The position numbers and the translations under genes were made by a program. Under the pieces are notes generated by a model. It had not been told where the DNA came from, ran no database searches, and saw nothing but the letters and a program-made list of their open reading frames with translations. From Thermoplasmata archaeon (GTDB lineage Archaea; Thermoplasmatota; Thermoplasmata; Lutacidiplasmatales; UBA184), in the NCBI GenBank assembly GCA_035623855.1, contig DASPSQ010000005.1, positions 2,093 to 66,092 on the forward strand: a stretch of DNA of 64,000 nucleotides, written 5' to 3'. The number at the start of each line of letters is the position of its first letter. Position 1 is the first letter of the stretch. Shown in pieces: positions 17,714 through 25,308 of the stretch.

Positions 17714-18568
17714 GTGGACCTAGTCCTCTTCGCGGTGCTCGTGGTCCTGACCGGCATCGCCGCGGGCCTCGTCGGCTCGCTGACCGGTCTCGGGGGAGCG
17801 GTGGTCGTGATCCCGGTCCTGGTCATCGCGTTCGCCGTTCCGTTTCCCTACGCCGTGGGGACCGGCTTCCTCACGATCCTCGCGACGTCATCAACCACGG
17901 GCGCCGCGTACATCCGGGACCACCTAAGCGACCTGAGAATCGGAATGTTCCTTGAGATCGCGACCGTTCCGGGCGCGCTCCTCGGAGCCACCTTCACCGT
18001 ATTTCTCGTCCACGCGAATCTGTCGAACGCCCTCCTGATCGCCCTCGGGGCGATCCTGCTGGCGATCGTCCCCGGCACGTACGCCCGGCGGCACGTCGAG
18101 CTTCCGACCGGCGTCGTTCCCGACGCCCGATCGAAGCGCCTGGCCCTCGCCGGGGAGTACCACGATCTTGCGCTCGAGCGGGACGTCCGCTACGAGGCCG
18201 GCCGAACCCGTCCCGCGCTCGGGGTCATGTTCGGTGCGGGGGTGACCTCGGGGATGTTCGGGATCGGCGCGGGGGTGTTCAAGGTCCTGGCGCTCGAGCG
18301 GTATCTCGGCCTCCCGATGAAGGTCTCCACCGCGACGAGCAATTTCATGATGGGCGTCACGGCGGCAGCGGGAGCCGGTATCCTGCTCTCCGCCGGCTAC
18401 GTTAACCCGATCATCGGTGCTCCGGCCGCTCTCGGAACGGCCGCGGGCGCGTACATCGGGAGTAAGGTCCTGCCGGGCCTTCGCAACCAGACGGTGCGGT
18501 GGCTGTTCCTCCCGGTGATGATCGCCCTGGCGCTCGAAATCATCCTGCGCGGGTTGGGGCTTGCATGA
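17714..18568 (+). CDS. TauE/SafE family sulfite/anion exporter (DUF81). The start is uncertain; TTG at 17702 or GTG at 17714.
   Basis: Two-repeat membrane topology with the GLxGxGGG-like motifs LTGLGGAVVVIPVLV and MFGIGAGVFKV. The upstream part of the track ORF overlaps the glucoamylase gene. Confidence 0.65.
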   Translation: MDLVLFAVLVVLTGIAAGLVGSLTGLGGAVVVIPVLVIAFAVPFPYAVGTGFLTILATSSTTGAAYIRDHLSDLRIGMFLEIATVPGALLGATFTVFLVHANLSNALLIALGAILLAIVPGTYARRHVELPTGVVPDARSKRLALAGEYHDLALERDVRYEAGRTRPALGVMFGAGVTSGMFGIGAGVFKVLALERYLGLPMKVSTATSNFMMGVTAAAGAGILLSAGYVNPIIGAPAALGTAAGAYIGSKVLPGLRNQTVRWLFLPVMIALALEIILRGLGLA

Positions 18569-18990
18569 CCGCATCTTCGGCCCAGGGAACGACGGGCTCG
18601 GTTCCGCTCCGCCCCCTCCCGGTCGAGGCGTATCGGCGGATGTCGGTGGTCCTCCGGACGGGTCTCCTCGTTTCCCTCGTAATCCTCCTCGCGGGACTCA
18701 TCGCCTACCTCGTCGAACACGGCCTCGAGCCGTTCGGGACCGCGGTCTCGACCAATCCCATCCTGAACTACCTCTCCCTGGACGGTCTCGCCTCGGGGCT
18801 CGCCCACGGCGCGGTCGAGGCGTATCTGACCCTCGGCCTCCTCGTGCTCGTCGCGACGCCGATCTTGCGCGTCGCATCGGGATGGTACTATTTCCAGCGG
18901 GGCCGGGAGCGCTCGATGGCCGGGATCACGCTTACGGTGCTGGTTCTGCTCCTGGTCGGGATCCTTGTCCTGGGACCGCTTGTCCGGTGA
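18565..18990 (+). CDS. DUF1634-like membrane protein, the typical partner of TauE/SafE.
   Basis: Small protein with 3-4 TM helices. Its ATG overlaps the TauE stop (ATGA), and the gene order TauE–DUF1634 is conserved in many genomes. Confidence 0.5.
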   Translation: MTASSAQGTTGSVPLRPLPVEAYRRMSVVLRTGLLVSLVILLAGLIAYLVEHGLEPFGTAVSTNPILNYLSLDGLASGLAHGAVEAYLTLGLLVLVATPILRVASGWYYFQRGRERSMAGITLTVLVLLLVGILVLGPLVR

Positions 18991-19003
18991 CCCCGACCGG
19001 CGA

Positions 19004-20380
19004 TCACGTCGTCGAGCCAAGGGCCCGCAGCGCATCCTTCACCGCGGAGAGGCCGGTCTCCGCGAGCGCCCGCGCGCGGGCCGGGTCCTTGGACTCGGCG
19101 AAGACACGGAAGATCGGCTCGGTCCCGGAAGGACGCAACAAGACCCAGCCGCCATCGCGGTAGGCCTTCACGCCGTCGATCGTGACGATGCGGTCCGACT
19201 CCTTCGCGAACGCTTGGGTCACATGCGCCAAGACCTTCTCCCGCAGTTCCACCGGGCAGGCGACCTTCTCCTTGACCAGCGTGTACCGCGGGAGCTGGGC
19301 CAGAAGGTCGCCGAGCGCGGCCCCGTGGCGTGCGAGGAGGTCGAGGACTGCGGCGGCCGACATCGCCCCGTCGCGCGCGAGCTGATGCGCCGGGTAGATC
19401 AGTCCTCCGTTCTCCTCTCCTCCGAAGACCGCGCGACGCACCTGCATCTCGCGGGTCACGCTCGGCGAGCCGATCCGCGTGTAGACGACCTCTCCGCCGA
19501 GCGGGCGGACCGCGTCCTCGACAGACTGGGAAGTGGAGACGGGAGTGACCACCACGCCCCCGTGCGCGCGTTCGACCGCGTCTCGGGCCATCAGCGTCAG
19601 GATTTCCTCCCCGGGCACGTACCGGCCCGATCGATCGACGAAGACCGCGCGATCGGCATCGCCGTCGTGGGCGATCCCCAGATCGGCCCCGAGAGCCGGG
19701 ACCGCATGCGCGAGATCGCCGAGGTTCGCGGGGGTCGGTTCCGACAGGTGACCCGGAAAGGTCCCGTCCGCCTGGGCGTTCAACGTGATGACGCGACAAC
19801 CAAGCCGACGGAGAAGCATCGGACTCGTACCGCACGACGCGCCGTTGCCGCAGTCCAGGACCACGGTCGGGTGCCGCGCCGAGATCGCGGCGGCATCGAC
19901 CTGTCCGAGGATCGCCGTGACGTACTGGTGGGCTCCGGTGAGGTCGCAAGTGATCTCGCCGATCCTCGAGTACGGAAATCCCGAGGTGACCTCCCGATCG
20001 ACTCCGCGCTCGATCCCCTCCTCGAACGATCGGTCGACCTCGAGCCCGTCGGGGGCGATGCACTTGATGCCGTTGAACTCCGGTGGGTTGTGGGACGCCG
20101 TGATCACGACGCCCAGCTGCGCATGGAGACGGGGTACGAGGAACTGGATCGCCGGGGTTGGGAGTAAGCCGACCTCGACGACCCTGTGACCGCCCATCGC
20201 GAGGGTCCCGCTCGCGATGCGGGCGAACCCCGGGCTCGATGTCCGACTGTCCCAGCCGACGACAATCGGGGGTCCCGGCGCAACCATCGCTCCGATCGCG
20301 CCGACGACTCGGGTCACGAACGGCGCAGTCATCGTCTCGCCGACGACTTCCCGGATCCCGTTCGTTCCGAACAGTCGCAC
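19004..20380 (-). CDS. Phosphoglucosamine mutase / phosphomannomutase (alpha-D-phosphohexomutase family).
   Basis: Starts RLFGTNGIRE and contains the active-site motif TASHNPPEFNGIK, the metal-binding loop DGDADR and the sugar-binding motif GGEENGG. The in-frame GTG at 20380 is taken as start; upstream track ORF residues are an Arg/Pro-rich shadow. Confidence 0.8.
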   Translation of the reverse strand: MRLFGTNGIREVVGETMTAPFVTRVVGAIGAMVAPGPPIVVGWDSRTSSPGFARIASGTLAMGGHRVVEVGLLPTPAIQFLVPRLHAQLGVVITASHNPPEFNGIKCIAPDGLEVDRSFEEGIERGVDREVTSGFPYSRIGEITCDLTGAHQYVTAILGQVDAAAISARHPTVVLDCGNGASCGTSPMLLRRLGCRVITLNAQADGTFPGHLSEPTPANLGDLAHAVPALGADLGIAHDGDADRAVFVDRSGRYVPGEEILTLMARDAVERAHGGVVVTPVSTSQSVEDAVRPLGGEVVYTRIGSPSVTREMQVRRAVFGGEENGGLIYPAHQLARDGAMSAAAVLDLLARHGAALGDLLAQLPRYTLVKEKVACPVELREKVLAHVTQAFAKESDRIVTIDGVKAYRDGGWVLLRPSGTEPIFRVFAESKDPARARALAETGLSAVKDALRALGSTT

Positions 20381-20445
20381 GGTGCTCCCTCCGCGGGCCG
20401 AAGGGGGGCACCGGTATAAGAGGGACGGGCCACGGTCGAGCGTAA

Positions 20446-20946
20446 ATGCCCCGCCCCACCTCCGGGATCGTGGGCCCGCCCCGGTTCCTCGCCGACGAGA
20501 TGGTCGGCCGGCTCGCCCGGTACTTGCGATTCGTCGGCTGTGATACCGTGTATGCCCGGGGATGGACGGACGACGCGATTGTCGAGGTCTCCCGGCGTGA
20601 GAATCGCGTTCTCCTGACCCGGGACCGGGCCCTCGCCCGACGAACCTCCCGGGTCCTCCTCCTGACTGGCGTCCATCTCGTCGACCAGTGGAGGGCAGTG
20701 CGCGAGGCGTTCCCCGAAGTCCCTCAAGAGGTCGGGTTCGAGCGATGCACGGAGTGCAACGGTCGGCTTGCCTTGCACCGCGCACCCGAGGGGGGGCACC
20801 GTCCCTCCGGAGTCCCGTGGGAACGAGTCGCCCAAGGCCTCCCCCTCTACCGATGCGAGGAGTGCGGCCACATCTACTGGGAGGGGTCTCATGCGACACG
20901 CCTTCGAGCCCAGCTCCGGAAGTGGGCTGAGGAGGCGGAGGATTGA
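20446..20946 (+). CDS. Mut7-C RNase-domain protein (DUF82) with a C-terminal zinc ribbon.
   Basis: RFLADEMVGRLARYLRFVGCDTVY matches the Mut7-C N-terminal consensus. Paired cysteines CTECNG…CEECGH form the ribbon. Confidence 0.55.
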   Translation: MPRPTSGIVGPPRFLADEMVGRLARYLRFVGCDTVYARGWTDDAIVEVSRRENRVLLTRDRALARRTSRVLLLTGVHLVDQWRAVREAFPEVPQEVGFERCTECNGRLALHRAPEGGHRPSGVPWERVAQGLPLYRCEECGHIYWEGSHATRLRAQLRKWAEEAED

Positions 20947-21947
20947 TCCCTGGGTACGTCGAGCCCGTGGGAGAGGGCCAGGAACTGGCCCGACGTGAGA
21001 CGATCTCGGCCGCGGAAGCGCTCGGAGGTTCCGAAGGCGGTACCGCGCCGGAGTTCCCGTACCTCGTGAGTGTCGAGATCCCCGGCCTTCCCGAACTTGA
21101 ACGTCTCGCGGGCCGGCTCTCGTTGGCCCGTCGGTGCCTGGTACGCCTCGCTTCCGAGCCCGACATCGGTTCCCGCCTTGCGACGGAAGGCCGGACGGGC
21201 GGTTCGGCGGCGGTACGTCGTCTCGGCAGCCCCTCAGGATCCTCGGACCCCACGATCCTCGCCGCGGGCCGCCAATTCGTCGACGCGGGGGGTCGAATCG
21301 ATCTTCGCCATCCGCAGAGACGATTCTGGCTGGGACGGGATTCTACCGGGCGAGATTGGCTCTTCGAAGAGCGCGGGACGATCGATCGGGCCGCGATGAA
21401 CGAGCGCCGCATGCCCCGGCTCCCTTTCCGACGTCCCGTCAGCCTCCCTCCGCGCCTCGGACGGGCCGCGGCGAACCTCGCGCGCGTCCGAGAGGGGTCT
21501 CGGGTGCTCGATCCGTTCCTCGGCACCGGTGCCCTCCTCGCGGAGGCAGGGCTCCTGGGGGCCCATCTCTATGGGATCGACCGGGACCCGGAGATGGTCC
21601 GGGGCGCGTTACGGAACCTCGCCCACCTCGGGGTCGGGGCCGAAGAACTCATCGTGGGAGACGCGGCGGAGGTCGAGTTTGAGGATCCTCAAGTGCGGTT
21701 CGACGCGGTTCTCACGGATGCTCCGTACGGCCGTTCGTCGAGCACCGGAGGGGAGCCGGTCCGTCGGCTGGTCCAGCAAGTCGTTCCCCGCTGGGCGCAC
21801 CGACTTGCACCGGGGGGCCGAGTGGTCCTCATCGTCCCGAAAGGTTCTCCCGAGATGAGCGGGATCGGTCGACTCGTCGGGTGCCCCGCGCTACGGGTCC
21901 ACCGGAGCCTCACGCGGGAGTTTCGGGTCTACGAGCCGATCACGTGA
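20943..21947 (+). CDS. tRNA (guanine-N2)-methyltransferase, Trm11/TrmG10 family (THUMP domain plus class I methyltransferase).
   Basis: SAM motif VLDPFLGTGALLAEAG and catalytic motif VLTDAPYGRSS are present. The TTG start overlaps the Mut7-C stop. Confidence 0.65.
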   Translation: MIPGYVEPVGEGQELARRETISAAEALGGSEGGTAPEFPYLVSVEIPGLPELERLAGRLSLARRCLVRLASEPDIGSRLATEGRTGGSAAVRRLGSPSGSSDPTILAAGRQFVDAGGRIDLRHPQRRFWLGRDSTGRDWLFEERGTIDRAAMNERRMPRLPFRRPVSLPPRLGRAAANLARVREGSRVLDPFLGTGALLAEAGLLGAHLYGIDRDPEMVRGALRNLAHLGVGAEELIVGDAAEVEFEDPQVRFDAVLTDAPYGRSSSTGGEPVRRLVQQVVPRWAHRLAPGGRVVLIVPKGSPEMSGIGRLVGCPALRVHRSLTREFRVYEPIT

Positions 21948-23532
21948 ATTGGGCGGTGATCGTCGTCGATGCGGAGCCCGTGCCGGCCTCGGCGCAGTAC
22001 TGGTTGACGGAAAACGAGAGGACCGCCGCGCGCGCGGCCCCCGTGTTCGTATAGAGGAGGTGAACGGTCGCGGAATGATTGCCCGTCGCGTTCACGGTGA
22101 CGAAATCGGCACTCGGAAGGGTGACCGAACCTCCGGTCAGAGTGACCACTTTACCGTCCGGTAACGTGAGGCTCCACGTGGAATTCGCCGCCCAATCTTG
22201 AAAGCCCGCGCCGGTGAGATACACGGTCGTATTGTTCGGTCCGGTGACAGAAACGTTCGCGACCGACGCGCTCAGGAGGTAGCCGTGGGCCACGGGGTCT
22301 CCATTGTCGATCGTGACGGCGCTCGTGGCCCCCACCATCGCCCCGGGCGGAAGCGTTGAGGGATACCCGACGTTCGCCGAGAGCCCGACGGACCCTGGGG
22401 GGACCGCGAGAGGAACGACCACGAACCCCGAGACGAGGATCGCGAGCACCAGCCCGCCAATCGCGGCTCGTCGGCCTCCGAGGGGCGTGATGTCGTTGAG
22501 GGGCGGAGGGTGGCGCAATCCGAGGACGAAGACCAGGACGCCGAAGAGTAACCAGCCCGTATAGCCGGTGAAGAGGCCGAGGCCGAACAGAGTGATCACG
22601 ACCGCGTAGCTCACGAACCGTGTGCGGTCCCCGAAGAGGGCGCGGAAGACGTGCCCTCCGTCGAGCTGACCCGCGGGGAGGAGATTGATCGCCGTGACGA
22701 AGATCCCGACCCATCCCGCGAGCGCGAGGGGGCTCAGGCTCACGAGCGTCACCGGGACGAACAGCGACAAAAAGTCCCAGAAGAACGATCCGCCGATGAG
22801 CAGGTTCCCGTAGCTCGTCCCGAGAATCGACGGGCCGCAGTAGTTCGCCGGGAGAACCGGGGCATGGATCGAAAGGTAGAGTCCGACGAGCGCGATCGGG
22901 ATCGACGCGACGAATCCCGCGAGCGGCCCTGACGCCCCGATATCGAAGAGGGCCTTCTTGTCGGGGAACGGCTCGCGGATGCTCACGAACGCTCCGAGCG
23001 TTCCGAAGAGGAACGGGGGCGGGATCGGCATGAAGTACGGGAGCGACGCGTCCAGGTGGCGCCGACGGGCCATCACATAGTGCGCGGTCTCGTGGAGTCC
23101 GAGGATCGTCATGACGGGGAGCGAGAAGTACAGCGCCCCGTTCGCAACGTCCGTGGCCGTGATTGAGATCCCGCCGACATAGGTGAGGTAGATCAGCGAT
23201 CCTGCGAAGATCGTGGTCCCGAACGTGCCCGCGAGGAGAAGGATGTTGATCCAGATTCGCGACCGACCGACCCGGGGTTTTCGGACGACCTCGATGAAGT
23301 CCTCACCGGATTCGCGGCGCAGGAGCGGAATGTACCCGAGCGTCCAGAGCTCCTGCCGCAGCAGGTCGAACTTCTCGGCGAGGGTCGCACGGTCGGCGTG
23401 GATCGCGAGGAGGAGCGACTGGGGTCCGACGCGGGTCTCGTAGACGGGGAAGTGCGCGGCGACCGCCGCTCGGATCCGATCGAGCTCGGATCCGCCGGAG
23501 GACGGAAGGGGGCCGGCCGCCCCGCTGGCCAT
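21940..23532 (-). CDS. Site-2 protease family (peptidase M50) membrane metalloprotease with a C-terminal extracytoplasmic beta-rich domain.
   Basis: HExxH in a TM helix (LGLHETAHYVMARRRH), LDGG motif (NLLPAGQLDGGHV) and multiple TM segments. Confidence 0.75.
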   Translation of the reverse strand: MASGAAGPLPSSGGSELDRIRAAVAAHFPVYETRVGPQSLLLAIHADRATLAEKFDLLRQELWTLGYIPLLRRESGEDFIEVVRKPRVGRSRIWINILLLAGTFGTTIFAGSLIYLTYVGGISITATDVANGALYFSLPVMTILGLHETAHYVMARRRHLDASLPYFMPIPPPFLFGTLGAFVSIREPFPDKKALFDIGASGPLAGFVASIPIALVGLYLSIHAPVLPANYCGPSILGTSYGNLLIGGSFFWDFLSLFVPVTLVSLSPLALAGWVGIFVTAINLLPAGQLDGGHVFRALFGDRTRFVSYAVVITLFGLGLFTGYTGWLLFGVLVFVLGLRHPPPLNDITPLGGRRAAIGGLVLAILVSGFVVVPLAVPPGSVGLSANVGYPSTLPPGAMVGATSAVTIDNGDPVAHGYLLSASVANVSVTGPNNTTVYLTGAGFQDWAANSTWSLTLPDGKVVTLTGGSVTLPSADFVTVNATGNHSATVHLLYTNTGAARAAVLSFSVNQYCAEAGTGSASTTITAQFT

Positions 23533-23535
23533 CCG

Positions 23536-23925
23536 TCACGCTCCCGAGGGGGATTCGCCGGCCGTCTTGCGGAGACGCTTCGCGCGCTCCTTGGCGGAGT
23601 AGCCGGTTGCCTCCTCGAGGAACCGGTTGTATCGGGCGATCGTCTCTCGGGCGACGTCCTCCGGCACCTTGGGGTTCATGGAGACATTCACGCGGAGGTC
23701 CCGGCCGTTGGCCCGGACCGACAGTTGAGAGATCGCACCGTAGGTGGCACGCACCTCCTCGCCCGCCAACTCCACCGTGTCGAAGTGGGTTCGAAGGAGT
23801 CGCGCCAGCGCCTCCGCGCTCAGATTCGAACGGTGGCTCGGGCGCACGGGATAATCCTGCACGGCACCGCGTAAGACCGACGCACCGATTAAATCAGTAT
23901 CGGTCCGGTCGAAACCGCGAGTCAC
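23536..23925 (-). CDS. Hypothetical protein (129 aa), in an operon with the S2P protease.
   Basis: Balanced composition (not Arg-shadow-like), a basic C-terminal tail, and a start overlapping the upstream gene's stop. Confidence 0.4.
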   Translation of the reverse strand: MTRGFDRTDTDLIGASVLRGAVQDYPVRPSHRSNLSAEALARLLRTHFDTVELAGEEVRATYGAISQLSVRANGRDLRVNVSMNPKVPEDVARETIARYNRFLEEATGYSAKERAKRLRKTAGESPSGA

Positions 23926-24170
23926 ACGGTCTCGATTTCGATGAGGACGCGCAACCCTCGGAGCTGGTTCGTGACCTCATCGGAGAGGTCGAGGATCTGA
24001 TCTCGGGTCGGGGGACCCTGCCAATCGTACACGAAGTCGTAGTTGCCCTGCGTCGGGACGAACCCGCACGATCGCAGTCGGTCGGCCACCGACGAGGGTT
24101 TGGCCCCCTCGCTGTCGAACGTCACCCGGAGATACGTTTCCATTGTTCCGACACCACCGCTGGGGGCCAA
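23922..24170 (-). CDS. Hypothetical small protein (73-82 aa); the start is probably the ATG at 24143.
   Basis: Compact sequence METYLRVTFDSEGAKP…YDFVYDWQGPP with non-biased composition. It sits between the PPAT and downstream genes on the same strand. Confidence 0.35.
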   Translation of the reverse strand: MAPSGGVGTMETYLRVTFDSEGAKPSSVADRLRSCGFVPTQGNYDFVYDWQGPPTRDQILDLSDEVTNQLRGLRVLIEIETV

Positions 24171-24233
24171 AGGCCTTGCGCTGGTCGAGTCGAGAAGCGC
24201 GAGCGGCGCACCGTTCGTCGGCGCTCGGGAGCC

Positions 24234-25055
24234 CTACTCCGTGCTGGCGTTCCGTAGGCCCGGTCGCAGGAGTCGCACCATCGCGCTTCGGAGGGTCGCG
24301 GCGGATCCCGCTCGGACCCACCGGGGCCCCAATCCGATCTCGGGGGAAGACTCGGCAATCTCCCAATCCCCTCTTCGGTGCCGGGCGACCCCGATGCCGA
24401 GGTCCGACGCTTCCACGGCCTCTCGCGCGAGCGCTCGTGCGCGGGCGATCGCTCGGGGACCGCCGGTCCTGTCTGGCTCGACCGGGCGGATGCGTAGGAC
24501 GGCGGAGGGGAACACGCGGCGGATCGCCGCGCAGGCGGGGAGAGCGTCCCTCCGATCCGAGACCGCGAGCCCGATCTTCAGGGGAGCGACCCGACGGCCC
24601 TCGCGGTCGATCTCGAGCGAACGGATCCGACGCGAGCTGACCGGTCGGAGGTCGTCGGCGAGGACCACGGGGACCACCTCGAGAGGGATCGAACGGCGAC
24701 CGAGCCGCCGTCGCTCGGCATTCACCGCGCGTCCCCCCGAGCGGGTGTCCGCGGATACTACGAGGACGTCGACCCCCTCCTCGATCGACCGTCCGAACCG
24801 GTTCTCGAGCGGAACCACCCGGACCGTGCGCCTCGGGTAGTGCGCCTTCGCCCAACGAACGACCGCGCGTCGCCGCGTGGCGTACGGTTGCAGTCGGTCC
24901 GCGGCTGGCTTCGGGTGCTCGGCCAGGAACCGGTCGGTCGTGACCCCGATCGAGACTCGCAGTCCGGCATGGAAGGCGCGGTGGAGGAGCGCGGCGTGAC
25001 CGACGTGGAAGTGGTCGAACGTCCCGCCGAGGACCGCGTGGCGGTAGCGGGGCAC
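24234..25055 (-). CDS. Phosphopantetheine adenylyltransferase (archaeal-type cytidylyltransferase fold) with a ~120-aa C-terminal extension.
   Basis: N-terminal AVLGGTFDHFHVGHAALL (HxGH nucleotidyltransferase motif). The C-terminal extension is faintly reminiscent of the DUF84/Ham1-like NTPase fold (tentative). Confidence 0.65.
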   Translation of the reverse strand: MPRYRHAVLGGTFDHFHVGHAALLHRAFHAGLRVSIGVTTDRFLAEHPKPAADRLQPYATRRRAVVRWAKAHYPRRTVRVVPLENRFGRSIEEGVDVLVVSADTRSGGRAVNAERRRLGRRSIPLEVVPVVLADDLRPVSSRRIRSLEIDREGRRVAPLKIGLAVSDRRDALPACAAIRRVFPSAVLRIRPVEPDRTGGPRAIARARALAREAVEASDLGIGVARHRRGDWEIAESSPEIGLGPRWVRAGSAATLRSAMVRLLRPGLRNASTE

Positions 25056-25068
25056 CGAATCGGCCCCC

Positions 25069-25257
25069 CTAGACGAAGAGGCGGCTGACGAAGACGATCA
25101 ACAGAAGCGCGATCGCACCGTAGAGGAGGTAGGTGTACGTCCTCCGGCTCTGGAGCTGCTGCGCCCGCTTCTCTCGGCAGGCTTTGCTGCACGTTTCGGA
25201 GTCGATCGCACAGACCCGGCCGCAGACCTTGCAGTGCCGGTGGTCGTCCTCCACCAC
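25069..25257 (-). CDS. Small zinc-ribbon protein with a C-terminal TM helix (DUF2116-like).
   Basis: CKVCGRVCAIDSETCSKAC is followed by the hydrophobic LLYGAIALLLIVFVSRLFV. It is the last gene of the vWA–GTPase–coiled-coil operon. Confidence 0.4.
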   Translation of the reverse strand: MVEDDHRHCKVCGRVCAIDSETCSKACREKRAQQLQSRRTYTYLLYGAIALLLIVFVSRLFV

Positions 25258-25308
25258 GAGTACACCCGGAACGCCGGTCCCAGAATAGATTTGTGCCGGT
25301 TGGGCGGC

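Noticed and set aside
20381-21526. Upstream ~380 codons of the 840-aa minus-strand ORF containing PGM/PMM.
   Set aside because: The phosphohexomutase domain begins exactly at the in-frame GTG at 20380 (RLFGTNGIRE). The upstream part is Arg/Pro/Gly-rich and overlaps the well-supported plus-strand Mut7-C and Trm11 genes.
18888-21566. ORFs 18888..20459 (minus), 18965..20167 (plus) and 21234..21566 (minus) at the 18.9–21.6 kb locus.
   Set aside because: They overlap PGM/PMM or Trm11 in other frames. Their composition is low-complexity Arg/Asp/Gly.
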